Shown here: positions 59,730-64,000 of the stretch, piece by piece
How positions within the stretch are numbered: the first letter of the stretch is position 1
Layout: each line of letters begins with the position of its first letter
Assembly: GCA_045226335.1 (NCBI GenBank)
Contig: JBGVCH010000085.1
Span: 1,819-65,818, forward strand
DNA: 64,000 nt
Direction: 5' to 3'
Source: Christensenellales bacterium
Lineage (GTDB): Bacteria; Bacillota; Clostridia; Christensenellales; Aristaeellaceae
Notes under the pieces: model-generated
The model's input: the letters and a program-made list of their open reading frames with translations, nothing else
The model's database searches: none
What the model was told of the DNA's origin: nothing
Position numbers and translations under genes: made by a program

Positions 59730-61124
59730 TCAGAATCTGAAATACAGGAAGGGGCTGTATCCGCGGCCCACCATGCAGCAGATGGCCAGCACAAACATCA
59801 GCAGAATGCAGGCGGGCCGAATAGCCCGAAGGCACTTCCCGACCTTCGGAAAACGGCGAAAGGCGCGGCCCAGCGGCATACAGCACAGGACGCCGGCGGC
59901 CAGCCAGAACCAGTACTGCGGATCCATCACAGCCCGCATGACCGTCAGGTCCCGTGTGCCTGGTCTGAACATCCCGGCGAGGTAGGCCATGGCGCTGCCC
60001 ATGTTGTCCGCCCGGAAGAGCACCCAGCCGATCAGGATCACCGTCAGCGCGTACAGGCGGCGGATCCACCCCGGGATCCGCTCCAGCCGTTTCCCCAGGA
60101 AGGCCCGTTCCAGGATCAGGAACGCCCCGTGCCACAGCCCCCAGAACAGGAAGGTAAAGCTGGCCCCGTGCCAAATCCCCGTCGCCAGGAAGACGATCAG
60201 CAGGTTGACATACGTCCGTCTCCGGCCATTTCGGTTTCCGCCCAGGGGAATGTACAGATAATCCCGGAACCAGGTGCTGAGGGAGATATGCCACCTCCGC
60301 CAGAACTCCCGGATGGATTTCGAGCAGTAGGGACAGTCGAAGTTTTCCGCGAAATCGAAGCCGAACATCTTCCCGAGGCCGATGGCCATGTCCGAGTAGC
60401 CGCTGAAATCGAAGTAGATCTGCAGCGCGTAGGCCAGGGCGCCGATCCAGTGCAGCGACATGGACGCGCAGGCCCCCGAAAACACCGTGTCCACCAGCGG
60501 TGCGAGCTGGTCCGCGATGAGGACCTTCTTCGAGAATCCAGCCGCGAACCGCAGCGCGCCCCGGCTGAAGCCGTCCGCCGTCATTTGCCGCTGCCGAAGC
60601 TGCCGCTCGATGTCCACATAGCGCACGATGGGACCGGCGATCAGCTGCGGGAACAGCGACACGTACAGGCCCAGGGACAGCGGGTCCCTCTGGGCCGCGC
60701 ACTTTCCGCGGTACACGTCGATCACATAAGACATGATCTGAAAGGTGTAGAACGAGATGCCGATGGGCAGCGCGATCTGAAGGCCGGCCTGCGGGATGTT
60801 CAGGGCCCGGCAGAGCGTGCTCACGGCAAAGCTCAGGTATTTGAACACGAACAGCGCGCCGAGGTTGTATGCCACAGCCGCCGCGAGGATCAGCTTTTTC
60901 CTGCGCCCGAAGCGCTCCATCATCAGGCCGGCCAAGTAGTTGACCAGGATGGAGAGCAACATCAGGAGGACATACTTTGGCTCCCCGAAGGCGTAAAAGA
61001 ACAGGGAGAAGAAAAACAGCGCCAGGTTGACGATCCGGATCCTCTTCGTCAGAGAGGCCAGAAACGTCACGAGAATGACCGCCGGCAGAAAGGCAAACAG
61101 GAACACCGGAGAGGAGAAAACCAA
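59730..61124 (-). CDS. MBOAT-family membrane O-acyltransferase (AlgI/DltB-like)
   Basis: MVFSSPVFLFAFLP..., a polytopic layout and a conserved His region reading WRRWHISLSTWFRDYLYIPLGGNR are present. The start is TTG, 10 nt after a GGGAGG RBS. Confidence 0.85.
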   Translation of the reverse strand: MVFSSPVFLFAFLPAVILVTFLASLTKRIRIVNLALFFFSLFFYAFGEPKYVLLMLLSILVNYLAGLMMERFGRRKKLILAAAVAYNLGALFVFKYLSFAVSTLCRALNIPQAGLQIALPIGISFYTFQIMSYVIDVYRGKCAAQRDPLSLGLYVSLFPQLIAGPIVRYVDIERQLRQRQMTADGFSRGALRFAAGFSKKVLIADQLAPLVDTVFSGACASMSLHWIGALAYALQIYFDFSGYSDMAIGLGKMFGFDFAENFDCPYCSKSIREFWRRWHISLSTWFRDYLYIPLGGNRNGRRRTYVNLLIVFLATGIWHGASFTFLFWGLWHGAFLILERAFLGKRLERIPGWIRRLYALTVILIGWVLFRADNMGSAMAYLAGMFRPGTRDLTVMRAVMDPQYWFWLAAGVLCCMPLGRAFRRFPKVGKCLRAIRPACILLMFVLAICCMVGRGYSPFLYFRF

Positions 61125-61176
61125 GAACGCAGCACCTCCCTTGTCAGGCCGTCAGGCGATTCCGCCCCGCTCCGGG

Positions 61177-62349
61177 TCATTCGGTCTCAAGATACGCCAG
61201 CAGCGCCCGGACAAACCCGTAAGTGCGATGCTTCAGGAACGGTTCCGCCGTCTCGATCGCCACCACGTCCACCTGATCCAGGCACCGCGCCCAGTCCATG
61301 TTTTCCCATTGCCCGTACAGCAGGATTTCCCGGCCGTCGGGTTCGGACACGGAATAGTCGTTGGTCACCAGCCAGACTTCCGATCCCGGGATGTTCTCCT
61401 GCAGGTCCTTCCTGAACCCCAGCGCAAAGGAATCGCCCTGGATCAGGATGCTCATGGGGACGCAGTCCTCCTGCTCATCCGCAGCCGTGACATACTGATA
61501 GTAGGTGATCCCGGGCTTGTAGAAAACATTGGCCAGGTTCAGCACGTCGTCATCACGGTAGAACGGCTGTTCGCCGGCCTCGGCTTCCCCGAGAACGATG
61601 TTCGTGTAGTCAATCCCCGAAGCCCGGCTGATCAGGCCGATCAGATACCGGGATGTGAACTGCTCATAGGTCCGGGACCAGTGGATGCCCGTGGGATAGA
61701 AGGCGGGGTATTCCAGCTCATCCGCCAGATCCGCGCAGATCAGCAGCGGTACATCATTTTGATCCATCTCACGGCGGAACACATCCACTGCCCGCGGATG
61801 ATTCTCACTGAGGGCCAGGTACCTGTCCGGGATGTTTTCGCGGTACAGGTTCGCCTTGGAAGGCGCGATGTACACCACCAGCGTCTTTCCCCGGGCCACC
61901 AGGAGTTCCCGCAGCCGGTCCAGGTCCCGGGCAAAATCCGCCATGGCCTGAATATTCTCCGGGAGAGAAAAGTCATCGCTCTCCGTCAGGGCCAGCTCCG
62001 ATTCCACATAGGCGGTCTCGATGATGTCATAGCCCTTCCCCACGATCTGGTCGGACTTGCCGAAGAAAAGCATGTTGGCGGTGTTGTACAGTTTGACCAT
62101 GTTGGCCCGGGGGATCAGCCCATCCTCGAAGCGGGCGGACCAGTTCTCCTGAAATGCCCCGGAAAGCCATGTCCCGGCGCTCAGCTCCACGTCCTGCCTG
62201 GGCGGCGTATAGCCGTTGAGCCAGCCGTCATACCGCTCCCCCGTGATTCGCGACAGCAGCGGCAGCAAAAGGCCCGGAAGGAACAGGATCAGGAGAAAAA
62301 CCGCGATCACGGCATACCGGCCCGGCCTCCGCCGTTTGTCCGCCGGCAT
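61177..62349 (-). CDS. Membrane-anchored partner of the MBOAT protein (AlgX/AlgJ/DltD/DHHW-like SGNH-type fold). The assignment is tentative.
   Basis: It has a single N-terminal TM segment, AVIAVFLLILFLPGLLLPLL, and a large extracytoplasmic domain. An xHW motif reads PTGIHWS and a later GDS motif reads IQGDSFALG. Its position directly upstream of the MBOAT gene is typical for such pairs. Confidence 0.5.
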   Translation of the reverse strand: MPADKRRRPGRYAVIAVFLLILFLPGLLLPLLSRITGERYDGWLNGYTPPRQDVELSAGTWLSGAFQENWSARFEDGLIPRANMVKLYNTANMLFFGKSDQIVGKGYDIIETAYVESELALTESDDFSLPENIQAMADFARDLDRLRELLVARGKTLVVYIAPSKANLYRENIPDRYLALSENHPRAVDVFRREMDQNDVPLLICADLADELEYPAFYPTGIHWSRTYEQFTSRYLIGLISRASGIDYTNIVLGEAEAGEQPFYRDDDVLNLANVFYKPGITYYQYVTAADEQEDCVPMSILIQGDSFALGFRKDLQENIPGSEVWLVTNDYSVSEPDGREILLYGQWENMDWARCLDQVDVVAIETAEPFLKHRTYGFVRALLAYLETE

Positions 62350-62383
62350 GTTCCTCCCCCCTTTCCACGGCTACCCGCCGGCA

Positions 62384-63664
62384 TCAGATTTCCAGTGTGT
62401 TCGACCCCACAGGGCGGATGTCCAGGACGCTGCACGCCCGGGCGCCGAAGGTTTCTTCCATTACGCTTACAAAGTGTTCCAGCCTGTCCGTCGGCACGAA
62501 GTTCAGCGTGGTGCCCGCGAAGCCGCCGCCATGGACCCGCCAGGCGCCGCGGCCTTCCAGCATGTCCTCCGCCAGGGCCAGCGCCAGGGAGAGGCTTTGG
62601 TCTTCCGGTCTGGCCCACACGTTTTGCAGGTACATGAAGGAGGAACGCCCGCTCTCGATGACGGCGCGGAAGAAAGCCGGCAGATCATCCCGCCGCAGGG
62701 CGTCCACCTGCCGCTTCACCCGGTCGTTCTCCGCGTAAAAGTGCATGGCCCGCATGATGGCCCGGTCGCTGACCTTGCCCCGGAGCTGCGGGATCGCGGC
62801 CGCGAACTCCTCCGGCCGCACCCGGCGAAGCACGGGCTGGCCGAAGCAGCCCGCCACCGCTTTCATCTCCTGCGGGATGGCCGCGTAGTCCGCGGTCAGG
62901 TCCGCGTGGCTCCCGCCGGTGGCCACCACCACCAGCGCGTACCCCTTCCCGGCGAAATCGTAGGTCAGACGCTGAACCTTGGGTTCCTCGCTGCCAAAGT
63001 CCACCGTCACCAGCCCGCCCGCCGCGGAGGCCATCTGGTCCAGCAGGCCCGAGGGCTTACCGAAGTACACGTTCTCCGCGTACTGCCCGATCTGCGCCTG
63101 GGTGACGAAGTCCATCCGGGAGCCGTTGTACAGCCGGTCCAGGATCGCCGCCGTCAGCACCTCAAAGGCCGCGGAGGAGGAAAGCCCGCTGCCGGAGGCC
63201 ACGGTGGAGGTCACCATGGCGTCAAAGCCCCCGATCCTGTAGCCCATCTCCGCCATGCGTGCGGCCACGCCCCGGATCAACGAGGCCGTGGTTCCTTTTT
63301 CGGCTTCCCGCATTTCGAGGTCAGAAAGATCCAGCGTGATGTCCGGATACCCCTCCGAGCGCACGCGAACGGTTTTGTCCTCCCGCGGGGAAACCGCCGC
63401 CAGGGTGTCCAGATTCACCGACGCCGCCAGAACCAGGCCTTTGTTGTGGTCCGTGTGGTTGCCGCCGATCTCCGTGCGCCCGGGCGCGCTGACGACGGAA
63501 ACCGGCGCGTCCGCGTGATAAGCCTTTTCGTGGCGGACCAACACCAGTTCGTGCCGGTTGTGCTGCAGGACCATCTGCCCTTCCCGGCAGCCGTATAGTT
63601 TGCCCAGCTGGCACACCACATCGGGCTCCGTCAGCCGGTGGATCATCCTCGCGTACTGATTCAT
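62384..63664 (-). CDS. galK: GHMP-family sugar kinase, galactokinase-like
   Basis: SAPGRTEIGGNHTDHNKG resembles the galactokinase signature GRxNLIGEHTDY. The GHMP motif is SGSGLSSSAAF. Length is 426 aa. Confidence 0.75.
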   Translation of the reverse strand: MNQYARMIHRLTEPDVVCQLGKLYGCREGQMVLQHNRHELVLVRHEKAYHADAPVSVVSAPGRTEIGGNHTDHNKGLVLAASVNLDTLAAVSPREDKTVRVRSEGYPDITLDLSDLEMREAEKGTTASLIRGVAARMAEMGYRIGGFDAMVTSTVASGSGLSSSAAFEVLTAAILDRLYNGSRMDFVTQAQIGQYAENVYFGKPSGLLDQMASAAGGLVTVDFGSEEPKVQRLTYDFAGKGYALVVVATGGSHADLTADYAAIPQEMKAVAGCFGQPVLRRVRPEEFAAAIPQLRGKVSDRAIMRAMHFYAENDRVKRQVDALRRDDLPAFFRAVIESGRSSFMYLQNVWARPEDQSLSLALALAEDMLEGRGAWRVHGGGFAGTTLNFVPTDRLEHFVSVMEETFGARACSVLDIRPVGSNTLEI

Positions 63665-64000
63665 CTGCTGCCTCCCTCTCTCTGCAGCGCGCCTTGCCAG
63701 ATGGCCACCACTTCATCCATGCCCAGTTCCTTCATTTTCTCGCAGAATGCGGCCCAGGTTTGGTCGTTCAGCGGCTCGTCACCCGTGACGAAGTGGGTCA
63801 TCTGGTTCTCGCAGTAGATCCCGATCTCCGGCCAGATCATCGCCAGCCGGGCCGCCTCCGCCTCCGTCAGCATCACCTGGGGACAGGGCTCGGTGGCGAT
63901 CTCCGCCAGGGCCGAGAGCTGCGTCAGTTCATTGTGGATGTCGGCGTCGTCATATTTCAGCCAATAGTCCGGGAACGCATAGCCCGGAACCGCCGCGCCG
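63661..64000 (-). CDS. C-terminal part of an extracellular solute-binding protein (large LplA/family-1 type). The gene continues beyond the window.
   Basis: The frame is open to the window edge. It reads ...YWLKYDDADIHNELTQLSALAEIATE...IWPEIGIYCENQMTHFVTGDEPLNDQTWAAFCEKMKELGMDEVVAIWQGAL, the typical C-terminal segment of polysaccharide-utilisation SBPs. An ATGA overlap links it to galK. Confidence 0.6.
   Translation of the reverse strand, partial: GAAVPGYAFPDYWLKYDDADIHNELTQLSALAEIATEPCPQVMLTEAEAARLAMIWPEIGIYCENQMTHFVTGDEPLNDQTWAAFCEKMKELGMDEVVAIWQGALQREGGSR

Overview
The window looks like a GC-rich chromosomal segment with strong GC3 codon bias from a Gram-positive, Clostridia-like organism. 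This taxonomic placement is an inference from GAAC-N4-GTTC LexA boxes, an AddB/RexB-type nuclease, a split MetH, a DUF1385-prmC-prfA operon and a NuoE/HATPase hydrogenase-type operon start. It is densely packed with about 56 mostly housekeeping CDS.

Gene content:
- Translation: asnS, cysS, prfA, prmC, tsaC, trmL, cca, an ABC-F ATPase.
- Replication and repair: dnaX, dinB, lexA, addB, rmuC, parAB.
- Glycolysis and nucleotide metabolism: pgk, tpiA, an IMPDH-type gene, udk.
- Methionine and folate: metF plus a split metH.
- Other metabolism: argH, iorAB.
- Sugar use: kduID, a GH10 xylanase, araD plus an FGGY kinase, a galK-like gene.
- Transport: two ABC systems.
- Envelope: a few glycan genes.

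I saw no rRNA, tRNA, CRISPR array, transposase, integrase, phage gene or recognisable defence system. Many very long ORFs in the track are antisense shadow ORFs of real genes, which is a high-GC artefact.

Nothing here is an unambiguous new system. The observations most worth a second look are:
1. A LexA-controlled dinB operon that carries an uncharacterised 81-aa ORF.
2. lexA apparently co-transcribed with an fRMsr-type GAF protein and a YfbR-type 5'-deoxynucleotidase.
3. A compact phosphoglycosyl-transferase, split transketolase and LicD module fused behind parAB.
4. An orphan histidine kinase translationally coupled to a two-domain GT2 and a leaderless beta-lactamase-fold protein.
5. A roughly 57-aa acidic and poly-lysine tail, encoded by AT-rich polypurine DNA, on a nucleoside-type ABC ATPase.

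All functional calls come from reading the translated ORFs by eye. No database search was run.
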